From positions 20,274,001-20,338,000 of the forward strand of contig NW_026889779.1 of assembly GCF_033153115.1 (NCBI RefSeq): a stretch of 64,000 nt of DNA, written 5' to 3'. Within the stretch, counting starts at the first letter, position 1, and every line of letters starts with the position of its first letter. The DNA comes from Saccostrea echinata. Its lineage: Eukaryota. Shown in pieces: positions 13,301 through 24,800 of this stretch. A program made the translations under genes and the position numbers. The notes under the pieces were generated by a model. That model was not told the DNA's origin. It saw nothing but the letters and a program-made list of their open reading frames with translations, and did no database searches.

Positions 13301-15692
13301 ATAATATTAAGCTTATGAAAAAAGAATTATGCAAGAAAAAAATCGTTTTTGTATTTCTCATTAAAATAATTAAAAAATTATTAAAATTACACTTTAATAT
13401 ACTGAAAGGTGGGGGTATTTCAAATCCTTCTAATTTGGGTACATAAATATGTAGGAGAAGTTTTGTTTGGTATCCCATACCACCTTAATGTCAATATGTA
13501 GCATGTGCATGTACAAAAAAGACATGCACATAATATATATTTACATTAACTTCCAGTACCCATATGATACAATAGACAGGTCCAGAAAAATCACTATATT
13601 TAGCTATATAGCTTAATTTACCTATATAGCTTTATTTACCTATATAATATAGCTTTATTTAGCTATTTTAGAATAAGTTTCTGTTTTATGAAAAGCAAAC
13701 AAAAAGTCGCATGAAAATTATGGCTGATATTTTTTTAAAAAGGTTTGATAAAAACATCCTAGGGCATAGATAGTAAAAACATTGCCTCTTTTAAACACCT
13801 TTTAACCAAAAAATGCATCTCTATTGTTTGGATAGCTGTCCATTACTGGAAGCAGGGTTCGACACTAACCTTAGTCCGTTAGTCTCAGACTAATACATTT
13901 TCATTCGGACTAATAAAATATGTGGCTAATAAGTCCGAACGGACCAATAAAAATTTCTGAAAAACAATATCAATAAATTACCGATGTTCGATTCTCGACA
14001 ACTTTTACTGGAAAACCCCGCGTGTATTTTTAGATTTCCAGCTTTTGGCGGGTAGTTACGCAATGCTGGGTCAATTCAGCGCTTAATTTTTCGACTGATC
14101 GATATGAAGTATAAGGTTTTAGCAATCATGATTTAGTATGACACTTTAAAGAAAGATTTTGGACGTTTTAGATGTAATGTTAAGACAAAAAAAAAAATAA
14201 ATAAATAAAAAACGAGATCGGGAATACGATCGTATACTTGCTGATTGCGAGATTTCAATGAATCTGTGGAATAATATATTAATTTCATATAAATACTTTG
14301 TTTATTGTTTATTTAAAAAAATAATACATATATTAATTGTCACGTTAAATTAATGTTAAAAAACATTGATGTTTCTTTTTTTTTTTTCCTTTTTTTTTTG
14401 ACGGACTAATAAAATTGCGTGCGGACTAGTAAAAGTAATGAAGCACTAGTCCGGCTGGACTAAAGCCTTAAAAAGTAAGTGTCAAACCCTGCTGGAAGTG
14501 CGATGAGGCATGACTAAGTGTGATTGCCTTGCATTGTGCTGAATTATTACCAATCAATTATCTTGTTGACCAAAACTGCTTTTCTTTGTTAAAGTAGCTG
14601 CTTATTCACAGATAAACTGTTATACATAGCCCCAAAACTTTAAGATCTTTGATTGCAATTGCACAAAAGGAGAAACATTTTTAAAAGTGGGTTTTTGGTG
14701 AATTGTTTTCAGTCCATTTCAAAGTTGAAAACTAATACTGCCTCATTATGCGACTTTTTGTCTGCTTTTCATAAAACAGAAATTTACTCTGAAATAGCTA
14801 AATAAAGCTATATTATATAGGTAAATAAAGCTATATAGGTAGATTTAGCTATATAGCTAAATATAGTGATTTTCCTAGACCTGATAGAATTGTAATCATA
14901 ATGGTGGATGATTTATAGTGTCTATATATGTTATTAAATCTTTGTTATTTATTACAATGTATCTAGTCACGTATTAATATGAATAATTATTGTAATATTG
15001 TGTTGTGTAACATTATACTATTATTATATTATTATTATACTACATTTAATGTCGGGTTCGTTGCCAACTTTGCGTGTGTGTCAGGCCGTTCGGGACAACG
15101 TCTGGCCTGACCACCGTGACGTTCGCAACGGCCAGATTAGATGAGTGCTAGACTGAGACAAGCTGCGAGTAGGTATCCACCATCCCCTAGACTTGTAATA
15201 TTGTTAATTGTAACTTATTTATTTATTTATTTCATTAATAAACCTTTGTTAACCTTTAAAAATGTGTTTCTCTCTGTAAATCACTGAATCTGGATTAACA
15301 TGGAAACGTACAGGTTTCCCGTTACAGAATCTACACTTTTTATCTTAAATGGTTGATTCCTTCAAAACTACAAGCAAAATCAAAAAAAGTTTAATTTCCA
15401 ATAGAAAATAACAATTACATAGTATCCATGATGATCTACTCTAGAACTGAAGGATCTTTTAAAGAAATTTTAAAGAGCATCCAATTTACATAAAACTATA
15501 AGCAAGTTCGAATTTCCTCTAGGAAAAAACTTTTCACTACGAGTCTTATAAACATTATCACTTTCGTGTTCTTTTTTAAGTCGTTAAAAGCAAGCTTTTC
15601 ATAAATGTAAGTATTTCTGGATAATTTCACTTACGTCTTGATAAGGATTTGATCATCCAACAAGTATTTGAAAGCAATGATGCTCTCCTCAT
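3935..15692 (-). CDS. MRPL16: 39S ribosomal protein L16, mitochondrial (uL16m); 4 exons, 246 aa
   Basis: Exons 15692-15635 (MRRASLLSNTCWMIKSLSR, presequence-like), 9770-9711, 6606-6440, 4390-3935. All introns GT-AG with consistent phases, total 741 nt. Motifs WRVEPPWKPVSKKGQGKRMGKGK, HYVTPVKADRIIMEIGG and LSPYDL match recalled uL16m. Confidence 0.95.
4530..4871. repeat. 31-bp minisatellite, distal half (copies of the MRPL16 exon 3 donor junction)
   Basis: Unit tacccatataccagttacctgtactccatat, about 10 copies, decaying toward lower coordinates. Confidence 0.93.
4872..6103. mobile_element. Non-autonomous hAT-like DNA transposon inserted in the minisatellite
   Basis: 11-bp TIR TAGTG(T/A)TTCAG; 8-bp TSD CTCCATAT at 4864-4871 and 6104-6111; subterminal ATCGA repeats; no transposase ORF. 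Confidence 0.88.
6104..6463. repeat. 31-bp minisatellite, exon-proximal half
   Basis: About 11.5 copies; the last copy is the real exon end and donor (GGAGTACAG|GTAACT on the minus strand). Confidence 0.95.
6440..6606 (-). CDS. MRPL16: MRPL16 exon 3
   Basis: DIEFPEKKKLRLVDKTP...RGPDVINNRLIYGQYGVQ; cag| acceptor and CAG|gtaact donor. Confidence 0.92.
7368..9310 (-). mobile_element. Degenerate Helentron-type non-autonomous element (HINE), same family as 58283-59930, with nested insertion
   Basis: ggtaatcaaag...agctcacctcgac is the reverse complement of the 3' end at 59894-59926. Internal diverged units match the 146-bp array. A 5'-end remnant lies near 9270-9310. Confidence 0.8.
7992..8829 (-). 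mobile_element. Second HINE family nested in the first, with a ~146-bp tandem array
   Basis: Marker gaaaagtgaggtcaa at 8135, 8281, 8426 and 8572; GGAC/AGAC microsatellite at 8732-8780; terminal atgccccggccatattcatggcggggcat hairpin. Confidence 0.8.
9711..9770 (-). CDS. MRPL16: MRPL16 exon 2
   Basis: ttatttttag|CACAAAAT...TATGATG|gtaagt, 60 nt, phase 1-1, QNYVQSASYMKIKTLPNYD. Confidence 0.85.
11301..12079. mobile_element. Non-autonomous Mutator/MULE-like element
   Basis: GGT-starting imperfect TIRs with TTCGCC/GGCGAA subterminal repeats; 10-bp TSD ACTGAAGACA at 11291-11300 and 12080-12089. Confidence 0.75.
11713..11876. mobile_element. Palindromic MITE (~65-bp near-perfect inverted arms) nested in the MULE-like element
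   Basis: cacaggcttctgaatttctatcaataagcc... versus ...ggcttattgatagaaattcagaggcctgtg; flanks GTTGGTC and GTTGATC. Confidence 0.85.
12359..13484. mobile_element. Non-autonomous TTAA-target (Kolobok-like) DNA transposon
   Basis: TTAA|ggtagtatgggatacc ... ggtatcccataccacc|TTAA. Confidence 0.85.
13577..14883. mobile_element. Non-autonomous DNA transposon with ~135-bp TIRs
   Basis: caggtccagaaaaatcactatatttagctatatagc... mirrored at about 14748-14883; 5-bp TSD ATAGA. Confidence 0.88.
13853..14491. mobile_element. Nested CAGGG-terminal (hAT-like) non-autonomous element
   Basis: cagggttcgacact ... agtgtcaaaccctg; 7-bp TSD CTGGAAG; subterminal GGACTA repeats. Confidence 0.82.
14891..15326 (+). mobile_element. 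Solo LTR (Gypsy-like)
   Basis: TGTAA...TTACA ends, 4-bp TSD GAAT (14887-14890 and 15327-15330), AATAAA near 15237, 436 bp. Confidence 0.8.
15635..15692 (-). CDS. MRPL16: MRPL16 exon 1 (coding part)
   Basis: ATG AGG AGA...AGA C|gtaagt, phase 1; Arg/Ser/Leu-rich peptide with no acidic residues, like a targeting sequence. Confidence 0.8.
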
Positions 15693-15807
15693 GACTTTCG
15701 GGCTTAAGAAATAATCTGATTCTTTTTTGCGTTTTATATTATCCAGTTTTGCTTTAAAACAAACGCGTCTGTAAAACATTGAAGATGAAAATTGCAATGG
15801 AGAAGCA
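15693..15807. promoter_or_regulatory. Compact bidirectional promoter/5' UTR region shared by MRPL16 and DEPDC5
   Basis: Head-to-head ATGs at 15692 (minus) and 15808 (plus), 115 bp apart. Confidence 0.75.
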
Positions 15808-18800
15808 ATGGCCAAAACGTTGAATTTGAGAGTTCATAAGAGAAACTATAGCGAAAATAGCAGTATCAGTAGGATTTCTTTTAACACCGACATAAATAAA
15901 CTTTTATGCGTTAAAGGAAATGGTGCATCATTGTTTTATATTTCATCTTATTTATAAAAAAAAATATATGTCTGCATATTTTAGATGAAGAAATCTTGAT
16001 CAATCAAAAAGATGTGCCAGATGTAGCAGTTGGTGATGTTGTTGAAATCTATCATATTGAGGATGAGGAAAGGTTAGTTTTTATTTCTATTACTCTGGAC
16101 ATAAAGAGAATAGCTTGATAAAGCTTAAAAGCTATTTATATGCAGTTTTTCACAGAAGTGTTTTTTTTTTTGTGAGAATAGATAAAAAGTTGCAAGTTTT
16201 TGATTATTCATATGTGTCCTATGGACTATCAAAAAAGCAACCCAAATCAAAGATAGTACATTCTAACATTGCAGCATTTGAATACTTTTAAGCATAAGAT
16301 GACTAATATCATAACTGCATGTACACTTGTGTGCATTGAGGCATGGATAAGTATGAATGCTTCACATTGTGCTGAATTATTACCAATAAATTATCTTGTT
16401 AAGCATAATTGACCTCCTATATAATTTCATTCAACAAGTAACTGTGAGCTAGCTTAAGGTCACAAATCAATTGCTTTATATAGCCTCAAATGTTTTAGAA
16501 CTTTGAATACAAAGTCTCCGAAGGAGACACAATTTGATAAGCAATGTTTACATGCATGCAAGATGCAACTTTTGGTACAGGTTGAAAAAATTAACATATT
16601 TAAGGGAAAAGTGTGATAAAATAGCTAAATCAAGATATTATAATAGCTAAAGAAAGTTATATGGCTAATTCAAGCTATATAGCTAAAATCAAGAGATTGT
16701 GCTGGACCAGCTTGAAATTAAAACCATTGTGGAAGTATGATGGTTAGTTCATAGATTTTTACATCTGGACATTAACATTTCACTGTTTGCATGTAAATAG
16801 TTTCCTCATCAGTATATGTCCAAAGTGGATTTTGATGTTGACGATGCATGATCAGGTGATAACAGACAGAATGTGAGACAGTGAAACATATGGGTCATTT
16901 GTTAATTGCATTGAAATAAAATGACAAGCATAACTGCATCAAGCAGAGTTCTATAAAGATAAGAATTAGAACTTCATTTTTAAATTAATTAATCTGTTTA
17001 TTTATTTATTTTTATTTTTTTTTTGAAAATAAAAACTTTAATTAAATTTGACAAAAAACTCGGGTTTAACATTTTGCTTTCAAGATGAATTCTGTAGGGA
17101 TTTATTTCTCAAACACATCTATCTTTCGTTTTTTTAAAGTCGCCTCCTATTGCAAGTTGCATCTTTATCAGATGAATTTCAACCCAAAGGTATTGTTATG
17201 CTTTATTAGTGAACATTAATATCAAATATTGATAGAATGATTTATATAGTGACAAAGTAATCAAAACTACACATTCTTAAATAAGATATATGAATTAGCC
17301 ATAGTTAATTTTAGTAGGATAAAGAATAAACTCTTGAAAGGTATGCTTTACAATAAGGTTTCAAAATGTAAATGTACTACATGAACATCAATATTTTGTT
17401 ATAGGAACTGTAAGCATTGCACAAAACATTGCTTCAACATTCCAGCTTAGAGCATACAAAGATGTCATTGTTAAAAAACTTGACCCAAAGGTACTGTTAA
17501 ATTATACTTCATTTATAAAACAAGTAGAAGAAGAATGTTGACCCAAAATACTGCTACATGATATTCATTTGTAAAACTTGATACATATGTGTACATTGTA
17601 CTTCTTTTTAAAGCTGATCGATTGTCTAATGTGTCTTTTCAGAGTGTGGCTTTGGACCTGGTTGAGATGCTGTTTAAGGATCAGTACTTTAGCCGCAGCG
17701 ATTTCTGGAGGTTGAGGAATGGAATCATTAACAGCTGTGTCTATCTCAACAAAAAGATAGAGCATGCTGAAATGAGGTAACTGAGACACATGTAGCTAAT
17801 CTTCAGTTCAATTTTCTTTTAAAAACACCCTGTAATAAGCTTGTAGTTAGGATTACTTGGAAGTGACTGTAGAAATGAAACTAAAAACCATTCATCAAAA
17901 ATACATGTATTTTCAGAAAGAATTTCAGCTTTAGTAAGTGACAAATGACATATCACAAAAATTCTGCTTCAAAATATATTTGATATAAAAAAAATATTGA
18001 AATTAGTAAAAATAGATGCAGTGTACTAAGACTCTGGTTCTTTTAAGACCTCAGGTAATGGAGATGTGGTCTAAAGGAGAGAGGGTCATGTGTGGAACAA
18101 TAACAGAGGACACCAGGGTACTTACATCTAACTCATTACATGCCTGAGTATATATCTCTAAAATATATTGGAAAATAATCAGATAAATGTAAGATCAGAG
18201 GAACTGAATATCATGAGAGAAACCATATTGCCAAGCTATTGAGATCTGTGCATGTACATTATTAGTTATCCAGGTCCAGTCAAGGGTGTATGGGGATTTA
18301 CCCTGGGTTTTATTCCATACACCCTGAGACAGCAGGGTATATGGAATACAGCCCGGGGTAAATCCCCATACACCCTTGATTGGACCTGGATAACGAATTT
18401 ATTTCCTATACCCAAATAAATTCTTTGTAAACAAGTCAAATCAACTGTGTTTCAAGCTATCGATAAGATTATACCACGTCCTACAATGCAACCTGATGTC
18501 ATGTTATTTTGCTTTTTATCATAGAGAAACTATGCATTGTGACGTCACGTTTTTTTTTGCCCCCGGCTCAAGTCAGGTATACAGAAATTTACACCTGACT
18601 TTGTATCCAATCAAAGCTTGTGTTACAAGCTACATGGGAAATAATGTATGTATATCCTCTTTGTTTTACTGAATACTGGTCCTTCAGATTGTGTACAGAT
18701 CCTCGACAGCTGTTGTACAGATCTTTATACAGATGAGCAGTGAGATGTGGGACTTTGACATTCTGGGAGAAGATCTTTACTTTGAGAAAGCTCTCAATGG

Positions 18801-21800
18801 CTTCCTTACTGACCTGTTTGCCAAATGGAAGGTAAAATATACTGACCTGTTTGCCAAATGGAAGGTAAAATATACTACTGTGTTCTAGATACTACTGAAA
18901 CCAGGATGTGTTAAGCACACTGAAACATTTTGTTTTAATCATCAACAGGAGCAGAACTGTCTTCATGATGTTACAATTGTTTTGTTTTCAAGAACATTTT
19001 ATAAAGCTCAGTCTTTAGGTAAGATACTTGATTTTTTATTTACAAGATGACAAGAATAAATACCACAATACATGTAAATAATTTCCTATGCATTTAAAGT
19101 TACTACTGTTGATTTGCTTCGTGTTACCAGGCGTGTGCAATTACCATCACCCGACGCCCGAGGCTACCAACTTAAGAGGTCGGGCTATCATAAATCTATA
19201 CTGCGTTAGCCTGTCGGGGCTAGTAAATCTAAAACGAAACTATTCGTATATTTACGTTGACTGAATTGATGTATGAATTAACTTCGTTGTAAAATCATAA
19301 TCTTAAATTCGTTTTAACCTATATGTATTGTGTGTTGTTATCGCCAGTCGTTTCAGTGACACTTACAGTCGATAAAAATAGGGAGAAGTACCTGACAATT
19401 TCAAAGCGCAAACCATTATTTGTTTTATTTATTTCAACTTAAATGTGTTTTTTTTTTTCCTTTTTGTTATACTTATACATGTATTGTTTTCGGTAGTTAA
19501 TGGGCTAGTGACTTTCAACCACGGGCTAGTAACTTTGTTACTGCCACTAGCCCGACGGACTAGTAACTAATTTTTGTAATTGCACACCCCTGGTTACTAT
19601 AAGACCATGTAACATGCCGTGTGGTATGGTCAAATCCTCATACCTTAATTTAATACTATGGAATGTGTAAAATGGTTTGGGGAACAAATTATTTGTTATA
19701 ATGTATATTTTTGTCTGAATGTAGAGGAATTCCCAGAATATATGAGAGACTGTATTGTGTGTGATTACAAGGGGAGATATTACCAGGACTTTTATAGGTA
19801 AGTTGAGAGTAAAAATTGTCCCACACCTACAGTCGTTGATAGCAAGTAGTATCATATGAAAGTGTCTTGATGTATTACAATATCTTTCTTTATACAATCT
19901 GGTAATGAATTCTGAATATTATTGAGGGCATTTTTCTGTATGAAGGATTGTAGTACAGAATGAGAGATATGATGACTGGACGTCCACTATGATGCTTCTA
20001 CGTAAACTCTGTAATTCGTATAAAGAGAAGATTCTGAACTACCATAAACAGAGAGGGCAGAAAGTCCCGACAGCGTACAACTCCACAGCAGCTCAGGGCA
20101 ACTTCCTGGAGACACTCAACATGTCTCTGAACTGTAAGTTTATGTTTAGATTTTTTTATTTTGTATGGATCTGGAAATTATTGCAATTGTCAACATTCAT
20201 TAAATATTGATACAACTGGATCCTGAAAGTGTAAAATTAAAAGAGTTAATTTTCCTTAGATTATGGTTCATTGCTTGTATCAAACTTTTTCTTATATATG
20301 TATGATATTTGCCTAAATGAATTTTTTAACCTAAATACATGAATCTGTATTACTTTGCAGTGTTTGAGGGCTACTACATTGACAGGAACTTTGATAGAAC
20401 TGGTAAGGTGGCTGTGGTGATCACCCCGGGAGCTGGTGTGTTTGAGGTGGACAGGGAACTAGCCAATATCACCAAGCAAAGGACCATTGATTGTGGTAAG
20501 TAATTTGTTAGAAAATCAACTTTGTAGTTTTAAAATAGTACCATGTAACCTGTATATTCATACTTGTACCTCTAAAATATTGTGCAGTCATACACACTAT
20601 TATTAATCCTCCACATTCAGCACCAAAGTCTGAGCACCCAGTTCTTGATAAATATACATGTAAAAGCAATATTCTTTATGTTTTATGTTGTTCAAACAAT
20701 ACCAATTTACATGTATTTTTTGGTGTGAGGATTTTTGTTTTAGGCAATTTTACATATACATGTGTTAATTAAGTTTAAGAATTGTTAACCAAGTAACTAT
20801 GAAGCAGAAATAGAATGTAAAGTGAAAACAACATCAGAAAAAGAATGACCCTCAATGTTAAAATGCTAAAGAAAGTAGCATTTCTGGATTAAACTTCATA
20901 TTCCTGTTTTTCTTTATACAGGGGTGGGCAGTGACTTGGTGTGTATGGGAGAACAACCCCTTCATGCTGCCCCCCTATTCAAGGTATGTTTCTATAGATA
21001 ATCTACATGTTATTTGATGATGTTTTAATGATCAATGTATGGGCACCTTTTTTCTTCATACAGTTCCATAACAAGCATGCCAAGACATCATTAGAGGTGG
21101 GAGACGATTACAACATACCGCACTGGATGAATCACAGGTAACAACACTAAATCTGATTGCAATCAACTTCATTTATATATATTTACATTTGTAAATGTTT
21201 TCCCTGATATAACACAGCCTATAATTACATTGTTAAGTCATTAACCATCAGTGTAATTTCACAGTGATGCCATAAGTAGACGACATGTTCAACACATTGA
21301 ATTTACATATGTATACATTTGAGGTTCGAAAAATAAATATAATTTCATTGGTTTAAAACTAAAGTATGCAAATATTTGTTAGAAAGCAGTCACAATTGTA
21401 AATATAAATAATAAAATATCATTTTTTTTAACATTTAATGGAATGTTGATATGTGTACAGGCTGGTCACGTGATCAAATCCCTTTATGGTAGATTTGATC
21501 ACATACCAACCAGTATTTACATGTACATCCGAATAAAAGTTTTTAAAATACATTATTTCTTAACTACGTGTACATGTAAACATTTTAAGTATTGGTACTA
21601 AAGATTTCATTTGCATGTAAAGATTTCTTTAATAGCCATCTGTTTTTGACAATTTCAGTTTTTACATCTCCAAAAGTCAAATAAAAGCACGTTTACAAGG
21701 ATCCTTCATCCCAAGAATTAAACCACCCCCAGAATTTGTAAGCATTATAATCTGAGAAGGAGACTAAGGAAAATGTAGAGAAATTTGTGTCTTATTCTAA

Positions 21801-24800
21801 ACAAATTAAATGTGTTAATACACTTAATATATTAAGATATGTCACTCGTGAAATTAGTTATATCAAGGATTTTTTGAGAAGTATATTTTAGATAAGCACT
21901 CATATAGCATGACTCAAAATCGCAAAGAAAATGGGGGGTCAGTGTGCATCTTGCTGAGCTACCGTACAATGAAAATGACCCTTTTGCACTTATATTTTAA
22001 CTCTTTGGTTAATCACTTTTATCTTTTATCATATTTTATCAGATGTAATTACGACAATAAATATAATCTTATTTTACATAAAATAGTGTGAATAAAATTT
22101 ATATTGGAACAAATCATGCAAATTAATGTGCATAAATTATTGTGTGACCTTTTTGCACTAAAAATATATCATCTTTGGGGTAATAAAAATCTAATTAGGC
22201 AATAAATATTTTCTTGTATCAAACTTTATATGTCTTAAGTGCTGATCGGTTGGAAGTATCATGCTGTTTAAAATATTGAAAGTAAAAGTTGGGGTCAGTG
22301 ATGTAAATTTTGAGATATTGGTCAAAATGTGCGATTTTCAAGCAAAAAACAGTGTAAATTTTATCTTGACTTCTTTGATATATCTTCATTTCTTGGCAAA
22401 GTCTGTTAAGTGAATGTGTAAAATTAGTTCTAAAAATATAAATTGAGACCTATATTTAATATTCTTAGCATATCATAACGGAAAATATTCTCTAAGTAAA
22501 AATATGTGGGGCTAAAGTTCCAAGATTTCAAATTCAGCAAAGGTGTAGATTTGAAGAATTTTCTTCTAAATATCCTTCCACCACAAGAAATAGTCCTTCA
22601 TAAATCTTGCTTCTTATGAATTTTTGAGCAGTTTTTTATTTGAATGTTGAATAATTTGCATTATTTAATTCAAATATGTTATAAATATTGATTTGTAATA
22701 AATAGTTTTGAAGTTAAAGGTTCTGACTGAACTTTTCTAAAAAGCTGACGAGTGACATACCTTAAGTAAATTATAGTTTCATGACTTATGTTAACTTGAT
22801 TGTAAGATGACTGTATGTTGCCTTTTTATTTTTCCAAATGGATATATTTTAAAAATGTTTTTTAATTTAAGTATGAAGATCAGAGAAGACCTAGTGAAAG
22901 AAGTAAGCAAATAAACTGCTATGCATAACTAAAACAAAATCAGTATTCTGTATAATGTACAAACCTTTTGTTCATAGAAAGAAAAATGTTTATACAAATT
23001 AAACATCTGTCTGATTTTGAGGAATGTGGTTGTATTTTAATGTGCATAGCATCAATTTTTCTCTAGTGTTAGAATTTTGTTTTACCCTTTTAAATGTATT
23101 TACAGCTGAAAAAAAGTTGTAAACAGTAATGCAGAATTTGATGGTACAATGTATTATGTATACCACATATACATGTATACATTGTTTATTTCTTGTCACC
23201 CCCTAGAACTAATTGCCCGTCCCTCAAACAATCAGGCAGAGGATGAAGATTCCAGGAATTTCCCATTTGTAGATTATGATGAGTATGATGCTCAAATCTG
23301 GAAACTCCCCACCCCCAATTCAACTAGATTTGGGTAAGCACACTGCTTTTCAGTATATTTGTAACATATCTCTTACAATTTCCTCATTATTTCCTCTGTG
23401 CTTTTATAGCATAAAAAGTATTGAAATGCCACTACAAAACCTGACATAGTTGTACTTTGTAGCAAAAGTTTTTGTAAGTGTCGCTAGATTTTCTACCTCC
23501 TCTGCTTTAGGTCTCTAAAGAGTCCCTACCACTCAAGAAGACAGCCCCAGACATTGGCCGAGGCCAAACAGATAAAGAAACCTCGTAAAAGAAATGTATC
23601 CGATGACTACCCTAGTGTGGTGGTGGAGAAGGGGGAGAGGAGGGGATCACCTGCCATCAACATCCCCTCCCTGGCCCGCTCCAGCAGCAGTGAGGATTTA
23701 TCCTCCTCTGTTGGATGTTACCCTATCATCAGTATGTAATATGTTCCTCTGTTGGTTAACAGTTTTATTAAGAAAGAGATTATTCATGTTCATGTATCTT
23801 TTACAAACACACTTGAAAAGAATTAAATTTGATGCTGTATCACTTAAGTTAAATCTATTTCAGAAATGATGAAGATGATTTTGAATACACTAAAAATTAT
23901 TGAAATAAGATAATGATTTTAAGCAGCTCTTTACAACTATATCTATTACGTATTGTTTATTAGAAAAAGTTCCAAGTAGGGAATCAAACGAGTCCTTTGA
24001 AGCAGAGGAGACTTATTTCTCGAGGAGAATTGTTGGCAGCGCAGAGTCTCCTGTTGGTTACTCAAGGAAGCATATTTACCAGGCCAAGTCTCGCAGAGCT
24101 CTCATCAACCCTTTTGCTCCCTCTAGGATGCAGTTCAAAATGACATCAAACAGGAGGAGATGGGTGCATGCTTTCCCCACAGGTTGATATTGATTTTTGT
24201 AATCCCTGTGTAACTGCCATAGTTTGTTTCTGTCTGTGTTTGTCCAACATTTTGTGCCTCCATACAAATTTTACATACTGTACATGTACATGTATTTGCA
24301 GTCTATTTTAGTTGTGCTATAAAAGGTGCAGTGTTTTGATACACAATGCCCTTGATTGTGATAATACTATGATTGACCATGTTATGTGATCATTATTTAA
24401 TGCTCCTGTTTTTTCCTTTGACCTTCAACTTTGCCAATTAGCCCTTTCACAATAACTGTGGTACTACTCTCTTGCAGGGAAAATTAATAACTTTTGGCAA
24501 AGTTTTTGTAGACAGATGATTAAATTATGTATATCAAACAGTTTTTTTTATTCATATTTCACCAACTATATCATTTTGCCTTACAAAAGAGCAATACCAC
24601 AATTATCATGCAACAGTATATTTTGAAGTCTCTTGTTAAGTTCAAAAGTTACAGTAAGGGTCAAAGTTGACAAACAGATGGACAATCACGCAGACTGAAA
24701 TCAATTTACCCCACAATCTTCAAACTTAGAGACAAAAAAGCCTTGCTTTCCTTGATAAACATCAAGACCTTGGACATTTTTTATTTGATGGTGGGTCAAA

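Noticed and set aside
15693-15815. N-terminal extension of MRPL16 from the upstream in-frame ATG at 15779 or TTG at 15815
   Set aside because: Would run into the DEPDC5 start region and add acidic residues ahead of the presequence-like MRRASLL; no positive support.
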